NCBI GenBank assembly: GCA_028534125.1
Contig: CM052817.1
Location: 9,054,001-9,118,000 of the forward strand
DNA from: Lama glama
Taxonomy: Eukaryota
Length of the DNA: 64,000 nucleotides
Direction: 5' to 3'
Shown: positions 1-14,000 of the stretch, one piece after another
How the letters are laid out: the number at the start of each line of letters is the position of its first letter
Numbering within the stretch: position 1 is the stretch's first letter
Notes under the pieces: model-generated
Database searches by the model: none
Seen by the model: only the letters and a program-made list of their open reading frames with translations
Told to the model about the DNA's origin: nothing
Translations under genes and position numbers: made by a program

Positions 1-640
1 GTCTAGTTACCATACAAAGATATTGCAATACGATTGACCGTATTTCTTAGGCTGTACATTACATCCTCATGACTTAATTATTTTACAACTGGAAGTTTGT
101 ACCTTTTAATCCTCTTCACCAATTTTGCCCACCCCTTCATTCCCTATCCTTCTGACAACCACTAGTTTATTCTTTGTATCTGTGAACCTCTTTCTGTTTT
201 GTTACATTTGTTTGCTTGTTTTGTTTTTTAGATTCCACAATAAGTTAAATTATAACATATGTATACGTAGATGTATTATATATCTTCCTTATCTATCATC
301 TACCAGTGTACACTTAGGTTCCCTCCATGTCTTGACTACTGCAAATAATGCTGCAATGAACTGGGATGCATATATCTTTTCAAATTAGTGTTTTTGTTTT
401 CTTTGGATAAAAACCCAGAAGTTGAATTGCCATCATATAGTAATTCTATTTTTAATTTTTTGAGAAATCTCCATATTGGTGTTTTTTTTTTATACTGTTT
501 TCCATAGTGGCTGCACCAATTTACATTCGCATCAATAATGCACAAGGGTTTCCTTTACTCCACATCCTTGCCAACATTTGTTATTTCTTATCTCTTTGAT
601 AACAGCCATTCTGACATGGGTGGTGTGATATCTCATGCCA
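1..640 (-). mobile_element. L1 LINE 3' fragment (ORF2 C-terminus plus 3'UTR), older L1MA-like; truncated by window edge
   Basis: Minus-strand ORF 336..545 contains NWCSHYGKQ..WRFLKKLKIELLYD (L1 ORF2 C-terminal motif). Bases 1-110 align by eye with 16796-16905 of another L1 copy. Confidence 0.9.
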
Positions 641-896
641 TATTTTAATATACTGTTTCTTGTGTCATCTCCACAACTGGACTAATAGTTCTTTAAAGGA
701 AATCACCAAATTTTTTTCATTATTGTCTCTTCAGGACCATCTACATTGTCTAGCACATGTTCATAAATATCATGACTAAAAATAAAATGAAAGAAATGCA
801 TTAAGATTTGTATGACTCCATGTGGGTCATAAAAGATAACATATGTACATTTATCAAGAGTGTATACTTATTTCAAGCAACTTTTTTCAATTCCTA

Positions 897-939
897 CTAT
901 ATGTATGTGTGTGTGTGTATATATGTGTACATATATGTA

Positions 940-976
<37 letters not shown>
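897..976. repeat. Compound (TG)n/(TA)n microsatellite
   Basis: Directly visible tg/ta runs ending in a pure (TA)n tract. Confidence 0.95.
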
Positions 977-2080
977 CTCAGACATCTTAGTAGATTCTAA
1001 ACTATTTTTAAAGATGAGCTCCATAAACAATGAGAAGGAATCTTACAACATGAAAATCAGAACATGTGTTTCAAAAACAGTTGTTGAAGCTCAAGAACTG
1101 AGCATATGAAAAAGAGATCCCGCCTTGAGCCTGTCTAGCAAACGAATGGAACAAGGTTCTCTTTGGAAAGGAAAGAAAATATTATGAATGAAAGCAGGAA
1201 AAATACATTTGGGTTACATCAGAAAAGACTTTAAACATTAGTCTAAGGAATTTCAGATGTGAGCTGTGCACAGAGAGAAGCAACTGCATATTCCTGAGCA
1301 GGAGAATTTGAGAGGAAAAGCACAAATCACAGGTCCTTGCCAGGCACCCACTCCCAAATACAGCCATTGCCTGAGACAGCTTGCTTACATGACTTGTGGG
1401 GAACGGCTCTTTGATTTATCTTTCCTTTATTGGACAAGCTGACCTATATTCTCCTCCCACCTGTTGGTTACTGTTGAGTTACCTGGAATTCAGCTCAGAC
1501 CTGGTACCTAAACATAAAATAAATTATAATTTAAAAATAAAATAAAATAAACTACCACCTCCAAAAAAGAGAAATCTTTCCCTATCTTACAGCCCATTGC
1601 CTCCTTCCCCACTTCCTTTTTCCTGTCAAGAATTGTTAATGGATTATAAGAGATACAATGGACCTCACCATGGACCCAGCCTTCATAGAGCTTACATTAT
1701 CCAGATAATTGTACAAATACATCACTGTAAATTTTGATGAGTGCTTTATGAAGGAAGAGTGTTGGGTACTAGGAGAGCAGATAACAAGGTAATCTGATCT
1801 CTTCTTGGAACTCAGGGCCTTTTTTTTTTTTAACTGTGAAAGGGTTGTTTAAACCTCAACAGTCAATACAAACATCACTGGTGTGTGTGCTCATGGGTGT
1901 GCATGTGTACAAGGGACATGGGTAACATTACTAGGAAAGGAGAACATCATGTATATCTATCGCCAGGTGTGAGGAAAGATGGTTCTTGAACAATTAAAGA
2001 ATCAGGTAATAGTCAGCAAACATTTATTTGCTGTGTGTTAGGACTTTCAGGCAATAAGAAGAATGCAAAAAACAAATGCA

Positions 2081-2461
<381 letters not shown>

Positions 2462-2569
2462 AAATGCAGTCTCTGATCTTAAGAAAAGTATAATAATAAT
2501 AACAAAACAATAATAATAATAAAACAGTCAGAGGCTATTGAGATAAAACAAAATCATGTAAAATAATAA

Positions 2570-2800
2570 CAAATTTTTTTGACTTACTGTGCCCTTACCA
2601 CATGCCAGACAGTTCTATAAATATATTACCCCAGTGTATTATTTCATTTTAATAATAACCATATGAAAGAAATTATATTTTTAACCCCATCACTATAGAT
2701 GAGAACACCAAGGCTTAGAGACATTAAGTGTATATTTTCTAAGGCACAGGTAGTAAATGATGAACATTAGATTCAATCAAAGAAATATTTGAGTTCAAAG
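2570..2800 (-). mobile_element. MIR SINE
   Basis: ccccatcactatagatgagaacaccaaggcttagaga, a degenerate antisense MIR core. Confidence 0.7.
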
Positions 2801-2959
2801 CTGTTGTCAGAAGCAGGGAACATACATTCTTTCAATAAATATTTATAATCTATTATGTGCCAAGAGTACTGGTTCTAAACATTACCCTCAAGAAGTGTAC
2901 ATTATGAATTCTAATGGAGAAGATACACAATAAGCCAGAACATAAATATGTTAATTATT

Positions 2960-3520
2960 TTAGGTCTAATTTATTTATATAATAAAATACACCAATAAAT
3001 TTAAAATTAGATGAGTTTTGACAAATAAGTATAGCCATGCAACAGCCATTACCCTCATGGTTTAGAACATTTCCTTTGCTCCAGAAAGCAACTGCGTAAC
3101 TCTTTTCAGTCAATCTCTTACTCTACCCACGGCTCCTAGCAACCAGTGACCTGCTTTCTGTCACTAAGGCTTTGCCTTTTTTTGTAATTTAATATAAATA
3201 GAATCACATAATGTGTAGTCTTTTTCTGCCTAGCTTCTTTTGCTTAGCATAACATTTTGGGATTTATTCCACGTCGTTCCATGTACCAATAATATCTTCC
3301 TTTTCATTGCTGAGTATTATCCCATTGAATAAATATACTACAATTTGTTTCTCCACTCACCAGTTGGTGGACATTTGGGTTGTGTCCAGTTTTTAGTTTT
3401 ATGAATAAAGCTGCTACGAACAGACAAATATTGGTATGAACGTATCTTTTTCTTGGGTAAATACCTAGGAATGGGATTATTGGGTCATGTAATTAGAGTA
3501 TATTTTACTAGACAAGAAAC
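2960..3520 (-). mobile_element. Old L1 3' end (L1MB/L1MC-like)
   Basis: Antisense L1 3' motifs such as tggacatttgggttgtgtccagttttt, cttgggtaaatacctaggaatgggatt, tgctgagtattatcccattg. Confidence 0.85.
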
Positions 3521-3859
3521 CTTGCAAGTGGACCTGTCATCCATCAGCCAAATCCTTCCCCACATCCTCAACCTCCTCTCTCTGTGATCCAGGCACCTTC
3601 TTCCTTTAGTGCATACTATAGGACCAAAAGGGGATGTAGAACATTCTGTTTGCTCCCACTGCTCTTTTCAAACCATTTCTCCTTACTTATCCCTGAGGAA
3701 TGCCAGCTCCTCCCGAAGTGCACTCCATCCAACAGCCCCACTTTTTACAACACATCCATGTCACTCCCGTCTAACACTCTCCTGAATACTGCTTCCAGTC
3801 CATTGAAGGCGTTAATGCCTGCATCCCTGACTTCTCTACTATTATTCCTTTCACCATAC

Positions 3860-4760
3860 ATTTTTCATTCAATAGATATTTACAGAGGCTTTATTTTATG
3901 TCAGGCACAGTTCTGGCTACTGGGGATACAGCAATGGACCAAAAGAAGGTCAAAATCCTAGCATGCATTCTATTGAGGAGATACACACATACATACACAC
4001 ACACACACTTGCATACACATGTATATATGTGCTATTCTTTTCTGAGAAAACTAAAGCTGAAAAGGGAGCTAGGCATTCACTGGGGGTTGGGAGGTAAAAT
4101 TGTTTTAATTTTTAATAGGATATTAAAGGAAGGTGCTGAGAAGGTGACAGTTGAGAGAGGTGACAGGTGACAGAGAAGGTCATGAATTTGTGTAAGGAAA
4201 GGGAGTTCTAGGCAGATTCAACCATAAATACAAAATTCTCGAGTCTAGAATATTTCTAGCATGTTCAGGAGAAGGCTGGTGTGGCTGGAGCAGAGTGAGA
4301 AAAAGGGATATAGAAGATGAGGTCAGAGAGATGGAGGTAGAATGCAATTGACAGGCGATGGTAAGGATTTGGAAGTTAGTTTAGATGGGATGTGAAGCCA
4401 TTGTTGGGTTTTGAGCAGAGGACCAACATGATCAATCTTCTATTTGCAAAGGTTTACTCCAAAGAATAGAAGATGACAGATCAGTTGGCAAATTAATGCA
4501 ATAATTGGGGAGACAGTTAATTCAGGTGGCAGTGGTTAGATTCTGTGTATATTCTAAAGGTATAGCCACCAGGATTTGCTGAGTAATTGGATACTGGGTG
4601 TGAGGTTAAAAAAAAAAAACACTTACGCTCCAAGGTTTGGGGCAAGGAGTAGGTAGAAGTATGAAGTTGCCATTAACTGAGATGGAGAAAATGACAAGAG
4701 AAGCACATCTTGGGAGTGAAATCGGGAACCCAGCTTTAGATAGCTTTTCTTGGCAGTGTG
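3860..4760 (-). mobile_element. L2 LINE fragment(s)
   Basis: cattcaatagatatttac..tgtcaggcacagttctgg (antisense L2 3' end), ggctggtgtggctggagcagagtgag, gttgccattaactgagatggag. Confidence 0.8.
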
Positions 4761-4999
4761 TTGACATTTTGACTTCCCAGTTTCATGTCACCCTCAACCA
4801 AAGAACCTCACCCTCTGCTCTGTCTATGGTGCTTATTCCTAGGGCATGGTACTCCTGGTCATTTCCTGGATCTTGTCATCTATTGCTCCACCTTCAAAGC
4901 ATTGATTTCAAGCATCCAACTCTCTGGTTACCACCTTGCCAACTCTAGCTCACACTGAAGTGCTCTGCTTCCCCTTCACATTGGCCCCACTGGGAAATT

Positions 5000-6310
5000 T
5001 AAGCCATTGACAACACAACAGTGTTGCTACTGTCCTGTGCTGCCCTTAAAGTTTCCACAGACTTCCTTACCCACCTTAGATGCATGGTCCGTGATTAGAC
5101 TGACGCCATTGCTTCTTCATTTAGTTCACCTCTCTCTTCTTCTGTCATACTCCACATCACAAAACTCTGGCCCGGTTAAATCCGTTTCCCTGCTACTCTG
5201 CTGCTACACTTGAACACGGCTGGCAAAAAGCTCACAAGTGTGCTGAGTAGTCTCACTTTAAACTTATCACAAATATCTGACAGCCACTCAGCCCTGCTTT
5301 ATAAGCCTAATGTATGCCCTTAATAAACTTGCTTGTTCATTCTTCGAGATGAGCATTTTATATCTTCTCAGATCTTTTCAAAGATATTCATTCTCCCTTC
5401 CCTCTATTATCAGCTGATAGTCATGCGTCTCACTAAACTGAGAAAAAAGAGGCATCCATGGACTTTCTCATTTCTCTAACCCCAGCTCTATGACTCTGTC
5501 TCTATCTATATTCAGATTTGTTTCTAATTATTGTGGATGAGCATCCCTGCTCCTACCTGAAGCCAATTCTCTGAACTGGATTCTTTCTCCTCTCCCCTAT
5601 TAATGATTTTTGTTTCTACAATTATGTCTTCCCCCACCTGAATCTTTATCCTCTCATATACTAGACTTTTCTTGACATCATTCAAGAATTCCATAATTAA
5701 AAAAAAATCCTAAGAAAGTTCCCTCTTGCCCTACATTTCCATTTAGCTATTTCCCTTTAACATATTTTTGATTAGAAATTTTCCCACCAAGCTAATAAAA
5801 CTACTCTTTTCGAAATCATTAACAACCTCCATCTTGCTAACGTCAATAGCCAATTTTCTGACTCACCTTGCTCAAAATATTCGCAGCATTTGACAGTTGG
5901 TTTCTTCCTGACTCTTTAAATACTTCCTTCACTTCATCTTCAGAGCACACCCTTTCCTAGTTTTTCCTCCTACCTCAATGGCAGCACTTTCTCAGTCTCT
6001 CTTGCAGAGTCTACCTTGAAGTATCTCAGGTCACAGTCCTTAGGTCTCCTCCATCTCCACTGGTTTCCTTGGTGATCTCATACTACTCTCATGATTGCAG
6101 ATACCACCTATATGCTGAGTGCTCCCAAGCATCACAATTACATGTTCAGATTCCTACTAAGAGTCTCTAATTGAATGTCTACTGGGCATCTCAGTCTGAA
6201 CAAAGTCATAACAGAACTCTTGGTTTCTAGCCACAACTGCCACAAACTCAGACCTGCTTTTGTCCCATTTTTCTTTTAATAAATGGTGCTGCTACCCACC
6301 CAGCTGCTTT
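5000..6310 (+). mobile_element. L2 LINE, degenerate ORF2 region
   Basis: Pyrimidine-rich L2 motifs: gcagcatttgacagttg (RT 'AFDTV' region), ccacctatatgctga (YAD region), gaatgtctactgggcatctca. Confidence 0.8.
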
Positions 6311-6550
6311 ACTAGTTTGCTAAGGAGGGCTGCCATAACAAAACATACAGATTGAGTGGCTTAAACAACAGATATATAGCTTTTCTAGGGGGCCAGAAGG
6401 TTTAAATCAAGATATCAGCAGATTTAGTTCCTTCTGAGGCTTCTCTTCTTGGCTTGCAGGTGATCACCTTTTCACAGTATCTTTACATGTTTACCTCTCT
6501 TCGCATAAACATGTCTGATATCTTTCTGTGTGCACGAATCTCCTTTTCTT
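6311..6550 (-). mobile_element. MaLR LTR fragment (MLT1A-like)
   Basis: agggctgccataacaaaac..gagtggcttaaacaacaga..tctcttcttggcttgcagg, antisense MLT1 LTR 3' part. Confidence 0.8.
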
Positions 6551-6800
6551 ATAAATCATATAACACAGTGGTTCAGTATTTTTATAGATTATACTCCATT
6601 AAAGGTTATTACAGAATAATGGCTATAATCCCCTCTGCTGTACAGTATATCTTTGCTTATCTATTTTATACATGGTAGTTTGTACCTCTTAATCTCCTAT
6701 CCCTATCTGGCCCATCTCCCCTTCCCTCTTTCCACTGGTAGCCAGCAGTTTGTTTTCTATGTCTGTGAGTCTGTTTCTGTTTTGATATATACATTCATCT
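6551..6800 (-). mobile_element. L1 3'UTR fragment (artiodactyl-type)
   Basis: ataatggctataatcccctctgctgtacagtatatc..tttgttttctatgtctgtgagtctgtttctgttttg. Related to the plus-strand fragment near 60510. Confidence 0.8.
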
Positions 6801-7819
6801 GTGGATCAGACACCGAATGCCAGAAAATTATGAAAATAACTTAGCCTCTTGCACATTTTTCCTCAAGTTTACCACATCCCTGAAAAGAAAGGGATAGCAG
6901 AATGTAGGTAAAACTAACTTACATATTAGTAAAAGAGACTAAATGCTAATGTTCAGAAGCGAGGGGAGAGGCACGGAATTCTGTCTCACAGTCCTCACAC
7001 TATGGATAATACACTATGTGCTGTGAATTACTTCACCCAAGTCTTGCAACAGCAAGGTAAATAGTATTCCTACTTGACGAATAAAGATACTGAGATAAAG
7101 GCAAGTAAAGTGAAATATTCACTATCAGCACAATGGGAGTGTTTTCATTTCTTTCCATTTTTGCCTGATTCTAAAGCCTGCTTAATGTGTGTAGCATTAT
7201 CATGATGCCCATGTTCTATAAAAGAAAAGTAGAAACCACAGCTCTCGGGTCTCTGGGTTTTTACAGGCTAGCTGGTAAGATGAGGCATACGCATGACCAA
7301 AGATGAATTCAAAACCAAAGAGCAACAAGACCAAGTTTAAAGTTTCTGGATGAAATGGACTTTGTCTCATTCACCAGTGAGGCCTCAGCATGCAGTTAGG
7401 TGCCAAGAACCCAGAGTGTATTCAGTGACCTTTTGCCAGATGAGTAAGTGAATGCTCGCATGAATGAACAGCAGCATGTTAGATGTGACTCAGCCAGCAG
7501 GCTATTTACTGAATGCTTACTATGTACCAAGTTATGTGTCCGGTAGTGCTTATAGCTCTGGAAGTTACAGTGGTAAACAAGCAAAGACTGCCTAAATTCC
7601 ATGGGGAGAACAGGCATTTTCCCAACAGAGGCAAATGCACATCCCTAAAGGAAGTATAATCTAGAGAATGACTTAAAGGAGGGCAAGATGCCCATGATTA
7701 ACATGCGTAGGAACCACCCCAGCCTTACTGGAGAGAATAATAAACCCACTGTTTTCTGAGATCTGTAGGAAACCATTATTAAAAGATCTAATACTTATTG
7801 AAAGTTTGCATATTGAAAG

Positions 7820-8030
7820 ACATAGTTTTAAGTACTTTGACATATGAACACATTTATTTCTCACAACTTCCCTCTGATCTGTGTGCTATTATCATCATCC
7901 CCATTTTACAGATGAGGAAACTGAGGTCCAGAGGAGGGTAGCAACATGCCTAAGGAAACAAAGCTAGATGATAAAGCCAGGATTTGAATTCAGAGAGGTT
8001 AGTGCCAGAGCTCTTACTCTCATGGTAGGC
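7820..8030 (-). mobile_element. MIR SINE
   Basis: Well-preserved core ccccattttacagatgaggaaactgagg. Confidence 0.92.
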
Positions 8031-8524
8031 AATATTCAACCTCTAGATATGAAGAAGTAAAAATATATTGAGGCCAAATATGGCAAGATGTGAACAATGG
8101 TTGAATCTAAGAGGTGGGTTTATAGGTGACCAAGGCACTATTTTTTCAACATGTATGTATATTCAAACATGTTCACGATAAGACTGTTGAGAAAAAATAC
8201 AGTTTTGAGGACTTTACAACAATGTGATTAAAGATCCAACAGAGACACACACACGTGCACACTTACAGTTCAGTAAAGGAGAGTACATGCTAAGAAGCAA
8301 AGGCAGAGCAGGATTTATCTGTCAGGAGGCCCATGTCCACCCAACTCCCAGTTTCTGGTCTCCTTAAGGGGAGAAACCGTGCTCTGTGATGAGGCCATCA
8401 CAGCTTTCAATGTTGGATCTAGAACATGGCTGATGCTTCATGAATGCCCAGTGAGCAAATGAATGAAAAAAATCAGTGTGGGGGGGTACAGTCCGATACA
8501 GGAGAGGGAGATGGTTAGAACTAT

Positions 8525-8970
8525 AGCATCTCCGTTTCTTGGGGCTGCTGTAACAAAGCAGCAAAATCTGGGTGACTTGAAAGAGGGGAAATTGATAGTC
8601 TCACAGTTCTGGAACCTAGCAGTCCAAAATCACAGTGTCAGCAGTGTCATGCTTTCTCTGAAAACTGCAGAAGAGAGAGTTCATTCTTACCTCTCCCTCA
8701 CTTCTTGTGGTGGCTGCCCTCCCGTGTTTTGCAGCTGGAACACTCCAATCTCTGCTGTGTGACATGGCATGGATTCCTCCCGGTACACTTCACTCTCTCG
8801 TCTTTTAAGCACATCAGTCATGTTGGATGAAGGGCCCATGCTACTCCAGTGTGACCTAATCTTAACTAATCACATCTGCAACAACCCTATTTCCAAATAA
8901 GGTCACATTCTGAGGTACTGCAGATTAGCACTTGAACACGTCTTCTGAGAAGGCACAGTTCAACCCATAC
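8525..8970 (-). mobile_element. MaLR solo LTR (MLT1C-like)
   Basis: ggggctgctgtaacaaagca..tctcacagttctgga..ccctatttccaaataaggtcacattctgaggtactg..acagttcaacccatac. Confidence 0.88.
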
Positions 8971-10729
8971 ATAGATACTGGGAGAGAAGCATGCTCAATC
9001 CTAGCGTGCTTTGTCTTTCCAAAATGTCCAGGAGGACACAAATCCAACGAGAGTGTTCCAGCGTGAGAGAGGCAGAATGCACGTGATACACATTCCTTGA
9101 TGATACTGACAGTGCAAAGACTTTTACAGCCTCTGTCAATCGAACGCCAGCAACAGCTGGCTCCCCCCAGCGTCAAGTCAGCGTTTCCTCAGCAGCTCAT
9201 GACTGGCTTCTCAGCGGCTGTTTATGTTTTCAGAATATTAAGCAGTGTTTAGTCACTTTCTCAGGGAGGGCTTCTCAGTGCGGTTTCTAAAAATGTGCTG
9301 AATGTGTTTCCAGAGAGGAAAGGCGCCAGAGGGCCTTTGGTGGGGTGCGCTGAGCCTTGTAATCACAAACAGATGACAGAGCTTCCTGGCTCTGACTCCG
9401 AGAAACTAGTGAGGGGCCTGAACAATCAGCCTAGGTAAAACCACCATGGTTTACCCTACAGAAATGGTCAAAAATTGTCATGGACCCCATGGTTCTATCA
9501 AGTCCTTGACTCTCCAGGAGACTCAATTTTCTGATATGGTCACAGGGGCCCAGTCTTCCACCTTGTGATCAAGACTATAAAGAAAGTCTGCCACGGCCTC
9601 AAGGCACCAATAAGGAGACCTCGCCCTACAGGGACTGTGTACTGAGTCAGGCCAGGTCCTTGGCCCCATGTCTCTGTGTAATCCACCGGCACCTGTGAGC
9701 TCTTCTTCCTGCTCGGTTTCTTGGGGTGCAAAGCAACAGAATCTGACTAATTTGAACAAAGGGAGACAACATGCTTATTGAGTGGATGCTGGGCACCCTG
9801 AGGGACTATGGGATGCTTGAACAGTCTCAGGCCTCAGGGCGGCAGGAACAGGAAACGTAATTAGGGCCCAAAGCAGTGGGACAGCTCTTCTTACAGCATC
9901 CTTGTAGTCGACAGATCTGAGAGCCCTGAGTGCTTGTCAATCTTTAGTCAAGATACCAATTTCTAACCTAGCTGGACTCATCTGCCCTCCTGGGTAAAGC
10001 ATAACATGGGGCGAGCACTCTTCAAAGTGAGTGCTTCTGAAGAAGGGAGAGAAAGGATGGTGCTCAGCAGACAGCAGCAGCGCCAAGCGTGGACGAGGCA
10101 CATGTGTGCAGAAGACTCACTGAATCTGGCCCAGAGACTCGTCTACCGCCTCCTGCTTTCTCAGGGTCATGTTCCGGTTTCCCTGGAAGACCAGCAGGCC
10201 CTAAGTCTGTCTTATGCACCCAGACCATGGACAGTGGGCGTCAGAGAGAGAAAAGCCCAAAGAGAAAGATGCCTAGATAGAAATTCCTAAAATAAAGCCT
10301 ACAGAGCAGGAGAAAGAATCTTTAATATCCCTGCTCTTCCATCTAAATCTAGCAGCTGGCAGAAAGTCTGAGACTCTGAGCCTCACTCTAACTGCTACAG
10401 GAGAAAGATCAGGTTTCTTAGTCTGGCATCTAAGACCTTCCGCAGCAGCAGTTTTCTACCCCCAGGATACTGTTCAGAGTGTTCTTTGGCTTCATTCTGG
10501 GTTTCCATGCTGTCTTGTACGTAGAGCCATCTCTGCCCTCAATGCATTACGGTGACTGGTGCCGATACCTAGAGGTACTCAGCAGAGCAAGGCTTCCTTG
10601 AGCCAGGAGAAACTCCCCTGCTTCTCCAAGTACTGGCCATCACATGGGCAGAGGATGGAAGGGGAGTCTGACAGACAAAGGGACCACAGTACCATCCGGG
10701 GAGCACACAAGGAGTCTTCAGCAGCAGAA

Positions 10730-11650
10730 AGAAGGCTTATTAAGGGCATTGTGTCTATTCAGAGGAATAAGAGAAAACTTTTAGCGAGATTTAAAAGTAT
10801 ACATTATTTTAAAAATAATAAATGTGACTGCATTAAAAAGAAAACAAAATTCTAAATGCCACCCCCACAAAACATCCACAAACAAAAGAGGAGCAAGCAT
10901 TGAAATAAATACTTGCAGCAATGGTGTCAAAGGCTGTTAGTCTTTTACTCCATGAGAGTTTATTTAGATTAATAATAAAAGGAACAATCTTACAGGCAGT
11001 ATATTTAATTGTCCGACAAATATTTATTGCACATCTATCATGTGCTCAGTTTAGAAAAATAAATACAAATTGCTTAGAATTATACGAAACAGAAGTCTAA
11101 CCTCAGTGATTTAACAAATGCAAACTAAAACAGCAGGATATTGTTTTTATTTCTACCTATCAGATTGGCAGTGATTAAAAGGGATTACAAACATGGTTTG
11201 GGTAAGATTTGGGGAAAATGGATATTCATATGATAGTAATGGGAGTATGAACTGATACAACATCATTGAAGGTTAATTTAAAATATCCTTTAACTCAGAA
11301 ATTCCACGGCCAAGAACTCTTTTCCATGGAAGTACCTACATATGCACTCAAAGATACATGGCCAAGGATATTCATTTCAGTATTGCTTGGAAAATAAATA
11401 CAAAAAATAAAATGCTCCAAAGTGGACAGACTCTACATGTTCACAAATAGCTGATAGTTGCTCTAAGTTATGATATATTTATATAAGAAAATAGTTTGAA
11501 GCCATTAAAAAGAATGCCCTAGGATGATATGAAAGGAATGGTAGATATTAATATGAAAATGTACCCAATATATATTATTAAGTTCAAAAAAACAGAAGAC
11601 ACAGAACAGTGTTCATAAAGCCCCTTCATTTATGTGAGTGTATCAGATGT
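10730..11650 (+). mobile_element. Very old L1 3' region (L1ME-like)
   Basis: acctatcagattggca, aactcagaaattccac, gccattaaaaagaatg; A-rich plus strand. Confidence 0.75.
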
Positions 11651-11671
11651 GAAGATAAGGGAATGTGTGTC

Positions 11672-11779
11672 TATCTGTGTTGTAATCTATTTGCGTAAGT
11701 TATATGTGTGATCATTTCTATTTAATTTATCTGTGTTGTAGTCTGTTTGTATAAGTTATGTGTGTGATCATTTCTGTTT
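11672..11779. repeat. Two-copy tandem duplication, 56-bp period
   Basis: tatctgtgttgtaatctatttgcgtaagttatatgtgtgatcatttctattt (11672) vs tatctgtgttgtagtctgtttgtataagttatgtgtgtgatcatttctgttt (11728). Confidence 0.9.
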
Positions 11780-12959
11780 GTCTATTTTCTATGTGTGAAA
11801 TGCATGTCTTGCAATCTACTGATTTTGAGCAGATTAATTTGTTTTTGAAGCATCACATCCTTACAGACCCTTTCTTTCTCTGAAGCCTCTAATTATTATT
11901 TAACTTTATTCCATATTTTTATCAAATTCTCACATTTTAATCCAGCCCTTAAACATACAACACATCCAACAGAAATCTCCTTTTAACTTCCCCCATATCC
12001 AGCAAGTTCAGCATAATTTGTGCTTTTTTTTTATCATTTAAATATGAGACCTTTGTGTCTGGAATTATTAACTCCAAGAACTGGCAGTCCTGACAGAGAG
12101 AACCAGAAAGGTGGACTTGTGTCTTTCCCCAGGGACAGAAAGGCAGCTTCCTTTGAGAAAGAGAATTCAAATCCATATGCCCTAATAATCACCCTGCCCC
12201 TGGGCATGACACTCAGTGAACAAAATCCCCGAAGTTGGACCGGTTCTGTCTGTTGGGTCTGGTCTGTCTTTCTGTTAAGCATATCCCAGGAGACAAAGGC
12301 AGTATAGTTGGCTGTTCAGGTGAGAGCAGTCCATTGTGGTCCTAGAAAAATAGTTACCAGAATTTAGAAGCAGATATAGCATCCTGAAATGCCCTAGAGC
12401 CTATCACACCTGATTCATTCTTTCTCTGCTTTAGCTCACCTCCCAGGTTTAGGAACAGTGTCCCAGTGTGAACAACACCCCAGAACATTTACTTCAAAAG
12501 TTAGGGGATCCCCAGAGACAGGGAGTCCTGCTGGAAAGGATGACAAGTGAGGCAGGGGGCCCCGGGCACCTGCTTTGGCTACAACATTCCAGTACCCTTT
12601 AGAGAATCAGCAGGCAGAGACTCACACACCAGGGACCACAGAGACGTTTTTTGAATTAGTGCCGGAAGTCATGACTGCAAATTACACGTGAGCACTTTCC
12701 TTTCATATTGTGTTCTTATTAATGGCTATGAAACATTGCAGCAGTCACCCCACATGGCCAAAAAGCCTTGTGAAATGCACTATTAGACAACACAGCAGAC
12801 GGTTGTCTAATTAGAAACATAATACCCCAGCTCAGCCTGGATCTGGGGAGTCACAGTGGCAGAGAGCAGAACAGCAACACAGCTCAGGAGCCGCGTGCAG
12901 AAGACAGTCATCCTGGTGGTGTCACTATGGCTTTGGGAGGGGAGAGGTCCCATTCGGAA

Positions 12960-13220
12960 TAATAAAAACTAATAGCAGCCACAGGCACTTCAGTCATGCT
13001 CACCGTGTGACAAAATCTGTTGGACGTGTTTTTATGTGATGCTCATTTAATTCTCACAACAGCCCTCTAAGCCCTGTCCTACTTATTGCCACGTGTGAAG
13101 CCAGAAAGCTGAGGCTCAGAGAGATGGGGCCACTTGGCAAAAGCACCCAGCAAGTCAGTGCAGAGGTGGGGTGGCCGCGGAACTCAGGCAGGGTGACTCC
13201 AGAGCCATCATCCCAACCTC
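12960..13220 (-). mobile_element. MIR SINE
   Basis: ctcatttaattctcacaacagccct..aaagctgaggctcagagag. Confidence 0.85.
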
Positions 13221-13699
13221 TCCGCTCTGCTACCTCTCTGTAACTTAACAAGGTATCTCTCCACCGTCCTGTGTCAGAGCAAGAGTAATGACCACCAATA
13301 ATGGCCATCTGTGTTTGAAATGTTACTTATCACAACTGGATTTCTATTGCCTCAGTTGTTTTGCAAGAAGTAGAAAGATCACAGGTGGGTGTGGGAAATA
13401 GACTGGTCTTTGGAATTTTCTTAGTCACTTGCTTACTATGGAACCTTGAGCTACGTATCTATTACCTCTGGTGACCCCGTAGGTAGATATTAGTTTATTA
13501 TAATATTTTCTTAACTGGAAAAGGAGAATAAGAACCCACATCTTACAGACTGTGAGGATTAAATGAAACATTAGCAATGCACCCAGTGAAGGGACACACA
13601 CAGCTGGTGCCCAGTGTATATTGGTTCCGTCCCCTGTCTTAGCTCTTCCTTTTCCATAATCCCCTTTCTACTCTTATTCCCCCCAGAACAGAGAGATGA

Positions 13700-14000
13700 C
13701 GACAGAAAAGCACCGCCTCACTCTTCAGCAGCCTCAGGCCTTCCTTGGCTTGCAGCTGCAGCATTTCAATCTGTCTCCATGGTCACAGGGCATCCTCTCC
13801 TGTGTGCCTCGGCCTCACATGGTGTTTCTCTCTTCTTATAAGGACGCTAGTCATGTCAGATGAAGGCCCACCCCAATAACCTCATCCTAACCTGATTATG
13901 TCTGCAAAGATGCTGCTTCCAGACTAGGCACCATTCACAGGTACCAGAGGTTAGGAATTCAACATACCTTTTGAACAGAGACACAGTTCAACCGATAAGG
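13700..14000 (-). mobile_element. MaLR LTR fragment (MLT1A/B/C-like)
   Basis: ccttccttggcttgcagctgca..ctcttcttataaggac..gacacagttcaacc. Confidence 0.82.

Noticed and set aside
9433..9455. Imperfect inverted repeat ggtaaaacca..tggtttacc
   Set aside because: Short and bulged; expected by chance.
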